From assembly GCF_009914755.1 (NCBI RefSeq), contig NC_060934.1: 64,000 bases of DNA; one strand, given 5' to 3'. The position numbers and the translations under genes were made by a program. Shown one piece after another: positions 17,611 through 31,253 of this stretch (position 1 is the stretch's first letter; every line of letters starts with the position of its first letter). This stretch comes from the human T2T-CHM13v2.0 reference genome, Homo sapiens. The notes beneath the pieces were generated by a model, which had not been told where the DNA came from, did no database searches, and saw nothing but the letters and a program-made list of their open reading frames with translations.

Positions 17611-18153
17611 AAAGAATTATCTGTCTCAAAAAAAAAAAAAAAAGAATTAGGCACCTAAATTTTCTCCATCTCCTTCCATGGCTTGACAGCTTATTTGCTC
17701 ATTTTAGTACCAAATCCTTCTAAATAATTGTCTGGATCTCACAGTTTATTTATCCATTCACCTACTGAAGGACCTCTTGTTGCTTCTGACAATTGTGAAT
17801 AAAGCTACTATAAACATTTGTGTGCAAGTTTCTGTGTAGACATAAGTTTTCAGTTCCTTTGAGTAAATTCCAAGGACTGTGATAGCTGGATCACATAGAA
17901 AGAATGTGTATAGTTTTGCGGGAAACTGCCAAAATGTCTTCCCAAAAGAGCTGTATTATGCCACATTCCCACAAGCAGCGAATGAGAGTTCCTGTTACTC
18001 ACATCCTCACCAGCATTTGGTGTGGTCAATATTCTGGATTTTGGCCATTCTAATAGGTGTACAGGTGTATCTCCTTGTTGGTTTAATTTATGTTTTTCTG
18101 ATGACTTATGGTGTGGTGAATCTTTTCAAATGCTTATTTGCCATCTGTATGTC

Positions 18154-18451
<298 letters not shown>

Positions 18452-21197
18452 CTGTATGTCTTCTTAAGTGAGATGTCTGTTCAGGCATTTGGCCCATTTT
18501 TTAACTGGGTTGTTTATTTTCTCACTGTTTAGTTTTAAGAGTTCTTTATATATTTTATATAGTAATCCTTTATCAGATGTGTCTTTCACAAATATTTATC
18601 GCCGGTCTGTGACTTGCCTTTTTATTCTCTTGACAGTGTCATTCACAGAACAGAAATATTTAATTCCAATGAAATCCAGCTCATCTAATATTCCTTTCAA
18701 GGTTCCCGCCATTTGTGTCACACTCAAAAAGTCATTGCCAAATCCAAGGTTATCTAGATTTTCTCCTATGTTATCTTCTAGGAGTTATATAGTCATCTAG
18801 ATTTTCTTCTATGTTACCTTCTAGGAGTTTTATAATTTTGCATTTTGCATTTAAGTCTGTGATCCATTTTGAGTTTTTTCTGTGAAGGGTAGAAGGTCTG
18901 TGTCTACATTCCTTTTTTTTTTTTTTTAATTGCATATGCATGTCTAGTTGGTCCGGCACAATTTGTTAAAAATATTATGTCTTCTCCATCTCATTGCCTT
19001 TGCTCCATTGTCAAAAATCAGTTGCTATGTTTATGTAGGCCTATTTCTGGAATCTGTCTTCTGGTCTATTGATCTATTTATTTATTATTTTACCAATACT
19101 ATAGAGTCTTCTTTATTGTAGCTTTATAGTAAGTCTTGAAGTTTGTAGTATCAGTCTACAAACTTCATTCTTGTTCTTCAATAATGTGTTGGCAATTCTG
19201 GGCCTTTTTCCTATGTATATAAATTTTAGAATCAGTTTGTCAATATCTACAAAACAACTTGCTGAGATTTTCATTGTGTTTGCATTGAATTTGTAGATCA
19301 AGTTGGGAAAAACCGACTTGCCAGTATTGAGTCTTCCTGTCTATGAATATGGAATATCTCTTCATGTATTTAATTATTATTTGATTTCTTTCAACAGAGT
19401 TTTGTAGTTTTCCTCATATAGATCTTGTATGTATTTTGTTAGATTTATTCCTAAGCATTTTTTTTTGAGGGCACTAATGCAAATGGTATTGTGTTTCTAA
19501 TTTAAAATTTCACGTATTCATTGCATAGGAAAATGACTCCTCTATATTCACTTTATATAACTTTACCATAATAATCGCTTACTAGTTTCAGGAGTTTGGG
19601 GTTCTGTTTTTGTTAATTTTTCAGATTTTCTACGTAGACTACCATGTAATGTCCAAACAAATTTGTTTCTCCTTTCGCTATCTGTATGTATTGTCTTTTC
19701 TTTTCTTATTGCACTAGCTAGTATTTCCAGTACAATGTTGAAAAGCAGTGGTGACAGGGAACATCCTTGCCTTGTTCATGATCTTAGTGAGATCTGAAGT
19801 AATAAACCCTTTTTCATTTCTGATACAGTAATTTGTGTTTTATCTCTTTTTTCCTTGGTTGGACTCACTAGGGCCTTACCAATTTTATTATCTCTTCAAA
19901 GAACCAGCTTTTGGTTTTGTTGATTTTCTTTATAGAGTTTCTATTTTCAATTTCATTGACTTCTGTTCTAATTTTTATTATTTCTTTTATTCTACTTACT
20001 TTGGATTTAATTTCCTCTTCTTTTCTTAGTTTCCTACAGTAGAAGCTGAGATAATTGATTTTAGATCTTTCTTATTCTCTAACATATGCATTCAATGCTA
20101 TAAATTCCCCTCAAAGCACTGATTTCGCTGCATCCCACACATTTTGATAAGCTGTGTTTTCATTTTCATTTGGCTCAAAATGTTTTTTAAATTTCTCTTG
20201 GACCTATATGTTTTATAGAAGTCTATTTTTTAATCTCCACATAGCTTCTGATTTTCCAGCTCTCTTTTATCATTGATTTCTAATTTAACTCCATTGTGGC
20301 CTGACAGCAGATATTATATGATTTCTGTCTTTGGAAAATTGCTAAGCAGTGTTTTATAGCTCAGAATATTGTCTGTCTTTGTGAATCTTCCATGTCAGCT
20401 TGAGAAGAATGTGTATTCTGCTGCTCTTGGATCAAGTAATTTATAGATGTCCATTATATCCAGTTGATTGACAGTATTGTTGAATTCAGCTTGTCCTTAC
20501 TGATTGTATGCCTGCTGGATCTGTGAATTGCTGATAGAGGGGTATTAAAGTCTTTAACTATAATCATGGATTAATTTATTTCTCCTTGCAGTGCTATTGG
20601 TTTTGCCTGGTATATTTTCATGCCCTGATTTTAGGCACCTACACATTAAGAACCATTGTCTTCTTGGAGAATTGATCCCATTTTTATTAGTTAATGTCCT
20701 TCATTATCCTTGATAATTTTCCTTTGAAGTCTGTTCTTTTTGAAATTCATACAGCAACTCCTGCTTTCTTTTGATTAGTGTTAGCATGGTATATTGTTCT
20801 TTATCCGCTTACTTTTAATCTGTATATATCTTCATGTTTAAAGTGAGATTCTTGTAGAAAACATGCAATTGAGTCTTGTTGTTTGATCCACTATAACAGT
20901 CTGTGTTTTCATTGCTGCATTTAGATCACTGGCATTCAAAATCATTATCAATATAATTGGATTGCTGTCTACCATATTTGTTACTATTTCCTTTTTGTTG
21001 CTATTGTTCTTTGTTCCTACTTTTTCTTCCACTTCTTTTCTGCATTTTGTGGGTTTAATTGAGGATTTGATATGACTCTATTTTCTCTCCTTTCTTAGAA
21101 GATTAGTTATACTTTTTTTCTTACCTTATTAGTGGTTGCCTTAGAGTCATTAATTTCAAAAAGAATAACAAATTCAAGCCCTCTTTCAAATAACACT

Positions 21198-21260
21198 GTG
21201 CCACTTGTGTGAGTGTGCCACTTGTGTGAGTGTGCCACTTGTGTGAGTGTGCCACTTGTG
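21198..21260. repeat. 17-bp minisatellite (GTGCCACTTGTGTGAGT) x ~3.7
   Basis: Three perfect units plus a 12-nt partial unit. Confidence 0.95.
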
Positions 21261-23869
21261 CCAGTGTGAATACCTTATAATAACAAAACAATTCTAATTC
21301 CTTTCTCCCATCCCTTGTACCATTGCTGTCATTTATTTCACTTATATGTATATAGAAGCATACACACACAGAGGTATATACACACAAACACACACACAAG
21401 CATACATAGTTGAAATTGTTGTTGTGATTTTGAACATACTGTTACCTGTTAGATAAAAAAATAAGAATAAATGTTTTTATTTTACCTTTTTCTTTTTTGA
21501 TGTGCTCCCTTTATTTATGTGGATCTGAGTTCTGACTTACGTTATTTTATTTCTCTCTAAAGTAGTTCTTCTAATATCCCTTGCAAGACAGATCTACTAG
21601 CAACAAATTCCCTCAATTTTTATTTTTCTAAGAAAGTCCTTATTTCTCCCTCACTACTGAAAAATAACTTCACAGGGTATAGGAGTCTAGGTTGCTGGTT
21701 TCTTTCTCTCAACACCTTAACTGTTTCACTTGACTCTTTTTTTGCTTGCGTGGTTTCTGAGAAGTCAGAGGTGAATCTTTTTCCTTCCATAGATAAGCGG
21801 GGGTTTTTTCCCTTTGACTTTCAGAATTTTCTTCTTTATCTTTGATTTTCTTTTGTTTGAAAATGAAAGGCCTAGGTGTAGTTCTGGCATTTTTGTTGTT
21901 TAGTGTTCTCTGAGCTTCCTGGATCTGTGGTTTGGTGTCTGACATAAATTTAGGGAATTTTTCAGCTATGTTTCAAGTATTTCTTTTTCTCTTTCTTTCC
22001 CTTCTTATTTCTTTTTACACATTTTATGTCTTTTTTTTAGTTTTCCTATAGTTCTTGAATATTCTGTTTTTATCAGTCTTTGTTCTCTTTGCTTTTCAGT
22101 TTTGGAGGTTTTTATTAAGATATTCTCAAACTCAGAGATGTTTCCTCAGCCACCTCAGGTCCTCCAATAAGCCCATTAAAGGCATTCTTCCATTTCTGTT
22201 ACTGTGTTTTTGATCTGTGGCATGTCTTTCAGCTTCCTTCTTAGGATTTCCATCTCTTTTCTTACATTTTCCATCTGTTTTGATATGCTATCTACTTTCT
22301 TACATAGATTGCTTAGCATATTAATCACAGTTGTTTTAAATTCCCTCTCTGATAATTCCAACTTCCCAGTATGTTTGGTTCTAATGCTTGCTGTATCTCT
22401 TCAAACTGTGCTTTTGCCTTTTAGTATGGCTTGTAATCTTTTCTTGGTAGCTGGAGATGATGTACTGGGAAGAGGAACTGCTGGTGGTAGGCTTTAATAA
22501 TGTAGTGGTAAGGTGTGGGGGAAGGAGAAGCATTCTGTGGCCTTATAATTAGGTCTCAGTCTTACAGTGAGTTTGTGCCTCTGAACTGTGAAATTTCCAA
22601 GTGTTTCTCATTTTATTTCTCCTTCCTTAGGTGAGACAGGATGGCTGGAGTGGGCTAGAGTTGAGTTTTTTCCTTCTCCCACCAGAATGCCACAGTGGGC
22701 TGGAAATGGGTATTTCCCTCTCCCATGGGGAAGTCCACACAGCTGGGTAGAGTTGAACTTTTTCCCTTCTCCTGGGTCAGTGGCGCTCTGATAAAACTCT
22801 AGCACATTAGACCGTGGTTAACTAGCTTTTCCTAAGGGTAGACTTTGTTTAAAAGAACAGAGTGATCTGGTGTGTTTCAAAAATGGTTCCTTGGCCTCTC
22901 CCCATGCCAGAAGCAAAGCACCAAGAGATTTTTCTCTTACATTCACTGTGAGGATCTGGTCAAGCTCCTGCAGGTAAAATTCACAAAAGTGTGATGGGGT
23001 TCCCCTAGAGCTTTTGGTTCTCAGGCTTGTTCACACCAAGCCTCCAGTGAGTTGCCAGTTACAGTTCCAGTTTTCCTACCCCAGCACTGGTTCCATGGAG
23101 GTTTCTGCTCCTGTAGGTTCTGATTTTTTTTGTGTCTGCCTATGATGTGTTTCCAGTTTGGAGGGCAGAGGTTTGTCCTGTGAACCTACTTCTTTTACAG
23201 ATCTAAGAAGAGCTGTTGTCCTGCATTGTTTTACTTGTTATTAGGGGGGAGTGACAGCTTCCACACTGGCTAAGTATGGAACCAGAAACAGACAGTACTT
23301 TTAGACTCTTAATAACCAAGAATGCCAAATTATTTGGGGAATTAAATTAAACCTGTCTTTACAATCATTCATTATTCTAAGGGCTAGATGAACTAAATAC
23401 TTAACCTTTAATTGCCTCCATTTATTAACAATGTAAAGTCTTTTAATATGGTCCAAAAAAGCAGACCAGTTCAGCCCAGCTGCTCATGGTTTTACTTGAC
23501 AGCTGTAAAATAATGAGGGCTATAGCAATGTATAGTCTGCAGAGAGAAATCAGCCAAGATTATTCTCTGGGGACATTAGAATATACAGTTACAGGATGTT
23601 AATAAAATACTTTGGAGGTTCACATCATTTACATAGAAACCAAGTAAGTACCATTTATACACTGACTGAGTGGGTCTTACGCTTGTGGACAGAGCCTTTG
23701 GCTACACCCTTTTCTACTGGGTCATAGAATTTATGGCTGCTAAAAGGTCCTGGCATAAACCCATGAATTGAATGGTGATAGCAGAAACCAACTGCCCCTT
23801 TTGGAAAGGTAGAAGCAGTTCTGACTGTTGAGGTTTGGACCACAGGGCAAATAAAGCTTTGTATTTCTC

Positions 23870-24050
23870 TAAGATTCTCTGAGACGGTCACAATCAGAAT
23901 TATTTAGGTACTTATTGAAAAATGCATATCCCTGGGGCCCCAATACTGAATATTGAATCAGTGTCTCTAGAGTGGGACCCAGAAATCAGAGTACCTGCAA
24001 ATTCCACTGAATGATTGTCAACACACGTTAAGATTTGAGATCCTCCATTA
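23870..24050. mobile_element. MER5A/B (hAT-Charlie) MITE
   Basis: ATCAGAATTATTTAGG..AAAAATGCATATCCCTGGGGCCC..TGAATCAG..TCTCTAGAGTGGGACCCAGAAATC..TTTGAGA. Confidence 0.75.
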
Positions 24051-25711
24051 GTGTAGCCAAGCTCTCCTTGAAACCGCATGCGGTAGTGCCACCCAGTGGT
24101 TTGTTCTCTACAACTGTGCTCTTTGCTTGGAAGCAGCCTCATGTTTATTGTTTTACATGCTCAAAGATGGCTGACTCAGGCTTTGGGGGAATCCTAGCTG
24201 TTCTCTGCTAAGCAATGAAACAAGTTGCCACAGGGTCAATTTGATTGAGTTGCTCAGTTGGCAAGAACAAGCCACTAATCAATAAGACTAGCCTGATTAT
24301 TTAGGACTATATGAACAATGGAATCAGATGAAGGCAAGTAATGCAATTGCCAGGAATTGACTTGTGACAGTCAATCTGGGTGACTTTTGAAAGACAGTCA
24401 CTTTATAACATGACCTAGTAAGTTACCATCTTTAGTGTATATGTATTACTCTGCCTGAGCAGACTACTGGTGCAAGCCTGTGACAAAACTCTCTGCTTCT
24501 TTGGCATATTCTGACTATTCTACTCAGTTAGCTGTCTAGCCATCTTTATAATCTTTTTCTCTTTATTGCCTGTAAAATTACTTTATAGGAGATACTTATG
24601 GATCCACACATCTAGCAAAAATTATTTCCAAATTGTGTTTTAGGTTTGTTTGATTGTTTTATGGTCAAGAAATTATATCTGATATTTTAAGAAGTTAAAT
24701 GAACATTTAAAATTGTTTTGCCTTACTGTGACCGTATTACAGCATCTATATTTCAGGCAGTAATCAGATTTGTCAGATAGTAAGCACTGGTGACTGCTAA
24801 AGTTCAATGATCTGGCTGTAAAGAATTATGTTATTTTGCAGCTGGTCTTTGCTACCTGAAAGATGATGGTGGTCTTTCCATGGAACAGCACTGCACAAGG
24901 TGCACATAGGAGGCTTGGTTACATAAACATGGTTGACCATCTGCAGGGCTGATCTTTGATTCCAGCCTCACCAAAGTCAATGTGTTAGTGCACGACCCAA
25001 GGCCCCACAGTGTAGATATGCAATGACGGCCAAAAGGCCAGAAACTGCACCAAATGCATCTCTGTGAGTGAAGGAGATTGACTGTTGATAGGGTTGAATT
25101 TTGCTTGTGATCAATCCATTAAAAACTGTTTTAAGCACACAGCATTCCCAGAACTTGGATAGGTGATTAAATAGGGGGTGAGATCCCAGTTCCTGTTCAT
25201 GGAGGAAGTTATAGTTCTCTGTTAGGATCCTTTTGGAATCTACTGGGGATCTGAGCTTTCGAAGTCATTTAACCTGCACAAATGGGGTTTATGCTGCTAC
25301 AATGAGGTCAAAATAAGATGAAACAAATACTCCATTCCAGGATACACATATAAACAGTAGAACAGAATTTCTAAGTCTCCAGAAAAGAGCAAATAAAACA
25401 AATCAAAACCAATATTCCCTCACATGGCCAGGGGAATTGTGATTATGGTCCTTGAACAACTAAGCTAAAATAAAGGGATTTCAGGAGAGTTTTGTTTATC
25501 TCCACCCCCTACTTTAGCATATTGTTGTAAAAAGCTAAAATAATACTTGTTTATTTATAAGCTGGTGGCTATAATTTATCAAGAATGGTAGGAGATGGTG
25601 CAGTATGATATATCTCCAATTTGAATTCATTTTAGTGACTGCTCTCTTCATGAAAAATAGGCAGTAGCCCCTGAGTAATAAGACTAAGGACAAAATGGTA
25701 ATCTTTTCTTA

Positions 25712-26011
25712 TGTTTTGTTTTTTGTTTTTGTGACAAAGTCTCAATCTCTCTACCAGGCTGGAGTGAAATGATGTGATCTCGGCTCACTGCAACCTCCAC
25801 CTCCTGGGTTCAAGCCATTCTCCCGCCTCAGCCTCCCAAGTAGCTGAGAATACAGGCACCCTCCACCATGCCCGGCTAATTTTTGTATTTTTAGTAGAGA
25901 TGGGGTTTCACCATGTTGGCCAGGCTGGTCTCAAACTCCTGACCTCAAGTGATCCGCCAGCCTTGGCTTCCCAAAGTGCTGGGATTACAGGTGTAAGCCA
26001 CCATGCCTGGC
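25712..26011 (-). mobile_element. AluS (Sx-like)
   Basis: Full dimer on the - strand; TSD-like TATGTTTT. Confidence 0.95.
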
Positions 26012-26555
26012 CCTATGTTTTACTTTTAAAAACCTTTTTTATCATGAAAAAATTTGAACATACCCAAAAGAACACCAGGATAATGAACTCTCATATATCC
26101 ATCTAGTTTCCACAATTATCAACACAATATTGACATTTCAAAATAAAACTGTTACTTATATTACTCTTTTAAATGTATTCAGTAGATACATGGCACATGG
26201 TGATACACATTGCTGTCCATTGAAAAATACACGATAAATACATGAATGTTACATTATTCCTTTTTCTCCTTCAATTTAGAATGGTAATCTCTGGTATAGG
26301 TGAATGCTTCAGTTGCTGCACTGAACCTTGTGTGAATGTGTGTGAATATCTTCCTCTACAGGGAGTTTTTCCTCTTTATTAAAATACTGAGATATTATAA
26401 ATACAGAAGAGTATATAAAATGTATATTTACGGGTTAAAGAATAATGATACGTTAATACTCATTTAACCACCACCAGATCAAGAATCATTAGCATTCTCG
26501 AATCAACATGCTATCCACTCCCCAAAACATGCACAAAACTCGGGTAGCATGATTT

Positions 26556-26610
26556 GTATGTATGTACGTATGTATGTATGTATGTATGTATGTATGTATG
26601 TGCGTATGTG
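26556..26610. repeat. (TATG)n microsatellite
   Basis: Direct tetranucleotide array with two interruptions. Confidence 0.95.
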
Positions 26611-26639
26611 TATAAACAAATAAAAAAATGTATATACAC

Positions 26640-27256
26640 TGCAGAGTTTGGGAGTCCCCAAGACCACCCCCACTTCTGACACCAGTTGCAAGTTTAGGGA
26701 TCCCCAAGACTACCTTCAGGTTTGAAAATTTTCTAGAAAGATCACGAAACTCACTAAAGTGCTCATACTCAACAGTTTTGGTTTATTATAGTGAAAGGAT
26801 GCAGATTAAAATCAGCCAAGGGGAGGGGCACATGGGGCAGGATCCAGGACAGTTCCAAGAGCGAGGCTTCTAGTAATCCTCTCCCACTGGAGTTTTGCAG
26901 ACAGTGCTTTCTTCTCCCAGAAACATGATGTATGACAATTTGTATGCTATAGGCCAACCACAGAAGCCCACCAAGCTTGTTGTCCAGAGTTCTTATTAGG
27001 GCCCAGTTACATAAACACGTTGACTATATGCAAGGCCTTTGTCTCCAGCTTCACCAAAAATCACTTGGATAGCGCGTGGCCCAAGGCCTCTGACATAAAT
27101 CACATTGTTAGCATAGCCTATCTGGTGCAGTCCAAGAGGCCCAGGTAAACAGTGACACTCATATCAAACAGGACATTCCAAGAACTTAGCCATGATTTCC
27201 CAGGGCGAAGGGAAAAGGCCAGAGCTCTCTTTTAGCAAGGTTAATTGTTTACTACG
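26640..27256 (-). mobile_element. MER21C-like ERVL LTR
   Basis: GTCCCCAAGACCACCCCCACTTCTGACACCAGTTGCAAG, GTGAAAGGATGCAGATTAAAATCAGCCAAGG and terminus CAAGGTTAATTGTTTACTAC. Confidence 0.85.
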
Positions 27257-27810
27257 TATATATGAATAGGTATGTTTATGTGTTTATATCTTTTCATTAA
27301 AAATATAGTTTGGTTGTGTCCATTTTTCAATTTCATATAAATGCTTAAGTATTATTTGTATAAGTTACAGAAATATGTAGACATTTTTAGTTTCATGTAA
27401 ATTCCTCATGTAAATAATAATTAGATATATACTTAAATATTTTGATTTGCTTCTCTCAAGGGTTTTTATTTATTCTGTATTGAATTAATGATCTAGATAT
27501 TCTTATCAAATATTAAGAATAAAGTCTTATCAGATGAAGAGTAGAACTGATGAGTATCTAAAGTACAGCAATGAATTCAGCCTAGGACTTCCAGCACAGA
27601 CAGCTAAGGACTCCATTTATTCATGTTTATATCCCTCATAGTCTGCTGTGAGTGACCTATGGGCCCCAGGACAAAATACAGTTCTTTTTATTTTAATGGT
27701 CTGAAAAGTTAGCATTCACCTACCTTATTGATCAGCGTCAGTTGTTAGGGTCTCATCACATTATCTGCCTCCAAACCTCCAACCGAGATGAAATCAATGA
27801 CTGCCCAGGT

Positions 27811-28140
27811 CAGGGGTTAGTACACTTTTCTAAAAGGGCCAGGTTGTAAATATTCTAGGATATGCAGGTCATACCCTCTCCATTCCAACTACTCACCTAC
27901 TGTCCTCATAGAGTGGAAGGAGCCACAGACTATATATAAACAAGTGCGTATGGCTGTGCTCCAGAAAACTTTATTGGTCCCCAGTGAAATTTTAATTTCA
28001 TAAAATTTTCACATGCCATGAAATAGTGCTGTTCTTTTGATTTTTTTTAACCATTTAAAAAAGTAAAAATGATTCTTAGCTCACAAGTCAGAGGCTAACA
28101 GGCTAGATTTGGCCCATGAGCTACAGTTTGTCAAGTCCTA
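27811..28140. mobile_element. MER58B (hAT-Charlie)
   Basis: CAGGGGTTAGTACACTTTTCTAAAAGGGCCAG..GTAAATATT...GATTTGGCCCATGAGCTACAGTTTGTCAAGTCCT. Confidence 0.85.
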
Positions 28141-28878
28141 GTCTAGGTTCATGAATTCAAGGATTCTAGAATGAAGATCAGGTTTTTCATTTATAATAGC
28201 ATATTCCTCCCAGCTCCTAATTCATCAATCTTACACCACTGACAACCATGAAAATGAATTTTAACTCATATAAAACCCATTTTGGAACCAAGTTTGTTTG
28301 TATTGCTTAGCTAAAACATAAAAAAGCTTACGTGTAGTAAATGGATTTCAGTAAACATTTGACCCAAACAACTGGCTAATGTTCTAGATTTTACCATCAA
28401 AATAAAACAGATTAAGAGATTTCCAGAATAATCCTCTGACATTAAGTCTCTAGACAGAATTTCTGTGGCAGAAGAAGGGCTTGAATTTCCTTCTTTACCT
28501 CTCATTCAATTGATATGGTAAAATAGAAGGTAGCCAACAGGTATCAAAATCCTCAATGTAATATGGACCACCCCGAGTAAAATCTTATTTGCGTAGATGT
28601 AGTAGAAATCAAAAATCAATTAATGCAGCAATATTATTTTACTCTGACGGGGAACAACAAGCCTTCCACAAGTAAATTTCACTTCTGCATTCACTGTAGG
28701 TCGGTGAGCACAATGAGAAATTTACAAGAGCAAATGACACAAAATTAATCTCAGTTGTTACCCATTGCTTCACCGTTTTTCTTAAAGAACAATTTTTTGA
28801 AAAATTACATGTTAGCATAGAGCATGTTTCACAAATTGGAGGACTGTGCTTCATTACTTCTATTTTCTTCATATTTAG

Positions 28879-28917
28879 GTCTACAGAGCTACACAAAGGA
28901 GTGATCCGGCCCATCAG
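28879..28917 (+). other. Candidate 39-nt exon
   Basis: Acceptor TATTTTCTTCATATTTAG| and near-consensus donor CAG|GTAAGA in unique sequence; length is a multiple of 3. Confidence 0.35.
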
Positions 28918-30882
28918 GTAAGAGCTTGCTTCTTGCGCAGACTGAAGGTGTTCCGTTTGAAGAGCACCTGCTAGACAAGTAGTGAGGGTGGTTTATTCCC
29001 TTGGCTTTGGTTTTCTGCTTTTTGTCGTTCCTGGGATATAAACATTTCTCTTGTTTCTCTTTGCATTTTTTTTTTCTTCTGGATTCAGTTTACTGTTGAA
29101 TCTGATCCATTGTCTCTTTGGATCACATTTACATAAGAGCCTACCTGTTATTGGATATCAGCATTCCTGGATGACTGTTTGATTGCACATTTCTGTATTA
29201 CGATCGCTTTTGTTCTATTACTAGGTGTTTTCTTGTGTTTTCCCCCAAAACGTCGGCTTCTTTGTAAAAAGTATTTTGAGTAACAGTATTAGGAGACTGT
29301 TCTGAAACTGAATTCTATGGGTCTGTTTTGAGAATGGAAGCAGTCAGCTGTATATGAACTCCATCACTCCTGGATTGACAACATGGACCAGCAAGCCCCC
29401 AGTGCCACACTCACAGAACGCAGCAAGACCCTGTGAAAACAGATCACACTTGCTTTCTCTTTTCTCTAATTTCAAGTATCAAAATAGCACCCAAATTTAA
29501 GAGAATAATTAATTTGCCCTCTTAAATAATTTAACACGGGACATTTTCCCTACTATAGTATTTCAATATCCAGGGGCAAAGAAGACATGAACAGCGTAAA
29601 GGCAGCCAGAAGATACACAGAAACTGATCAGCTATTTTCGAAACATTCTCACAGAAAGTCTGTTCAAAAGTTCTTTTCCTCCTCCACTTAGGTTTTTAAA
29701 TGTCATTGCAATTGAATGTTGAGCCCTGCAAAATCCAGGGCATTGTTACTGATAAATAACTCCTATTAATAGCGATTTCATTCATTGGAGCTTTTAATTC
29801 ATTTTGGTTTTGTTGATTTTCATGCTTGTGTTTTCCATTCGTTTCAATACGGTCCATCTTTCTGTTTCTTTTTAATGTTTTAATCCAATTACCAGCCCCA
29901 TAAACACGTATTTGCCACATCTGCAGTAGGTGCACTGAGCTGTGAGCGGAAGTGATTTCTGATTACAGACAGGCTCATTCTCAAGGGGCAAGAGGAATAA
30001 CATGTAGTGAACTGAATAAAATAATAATGGAAAATACCTTGTTAGGTGACATATGGCGCAGTTTTAGAGTACAGATGGGAAAGAAAAAGTTACTCAATCC
30101 TAAAACACATATGCATTGCGTGGATAGCAGTTGTAATGTAGATCATATATGATGGGCTTGGTTATGAAAGAAAAAAACTTACGATTTCATTGCTCAAGTG
30201 TGTTCATTAATATTAGGATTAGCCTCTCTAACTGAGAAGGTGACAAAAAGCAATTTAGATTCTTTAAAACCCTAGAGTTTTGTCAACAGGAGGACCAAAG
30301 GCAAAAGTCGTCAGGCAAGAGGGTCCCCAGGACCTCTGGATTTTCTATTCTCCTTTTTCCTCTTGACTGTTTCTCTTTCCTTTCACTCCTTTTCAGAATT
30401 TCTACCTTTAGGGACTCCTACTCCCACCCACAGAAAAAAAAATCGCACGTACTTTCTGTACCTTTAGTTATGATTAATAACACCTTGGGGAATTACCTAT
30501 GTTACAACCTTTACATATCACAGGGATTCCTACCTCGGGATGAAGGGATGAAGCACGGATGATAGAGGACTGTGGCTATTTCAGTAGGAGTCAACAGATG
30601 AGCAAACATTCTAGGGAGTAATGGGGCCTTCACAAATCCTCTAGAATCATCATCAGATTGCACCACGAATTACACTGTTCCTCTATCAGTGTGCAAGTTG
30701 ATATACAATTATCTAATTGTAGTCAGAGCCCAAACAAAGTGAGTTTGGAAACCAGATATTGCTGTTCTACGTCCCGCCTTCTTACCAGACATTTGAGCAA
30801 TGACTGTGGGGGTCAGAATATGGAAAACGATTTCCATTGCCAGAAGGTTCAGTAAAACAAAGTTTAAAAAGTAATAAATAAT

Positions 30883-31253
<371 letters not shown>

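Noticed and set aside
21198-21260. CRISPR-like array
   Set aside because: Head-to-tail repeats with no spacers or cas genes, in a primate genome.
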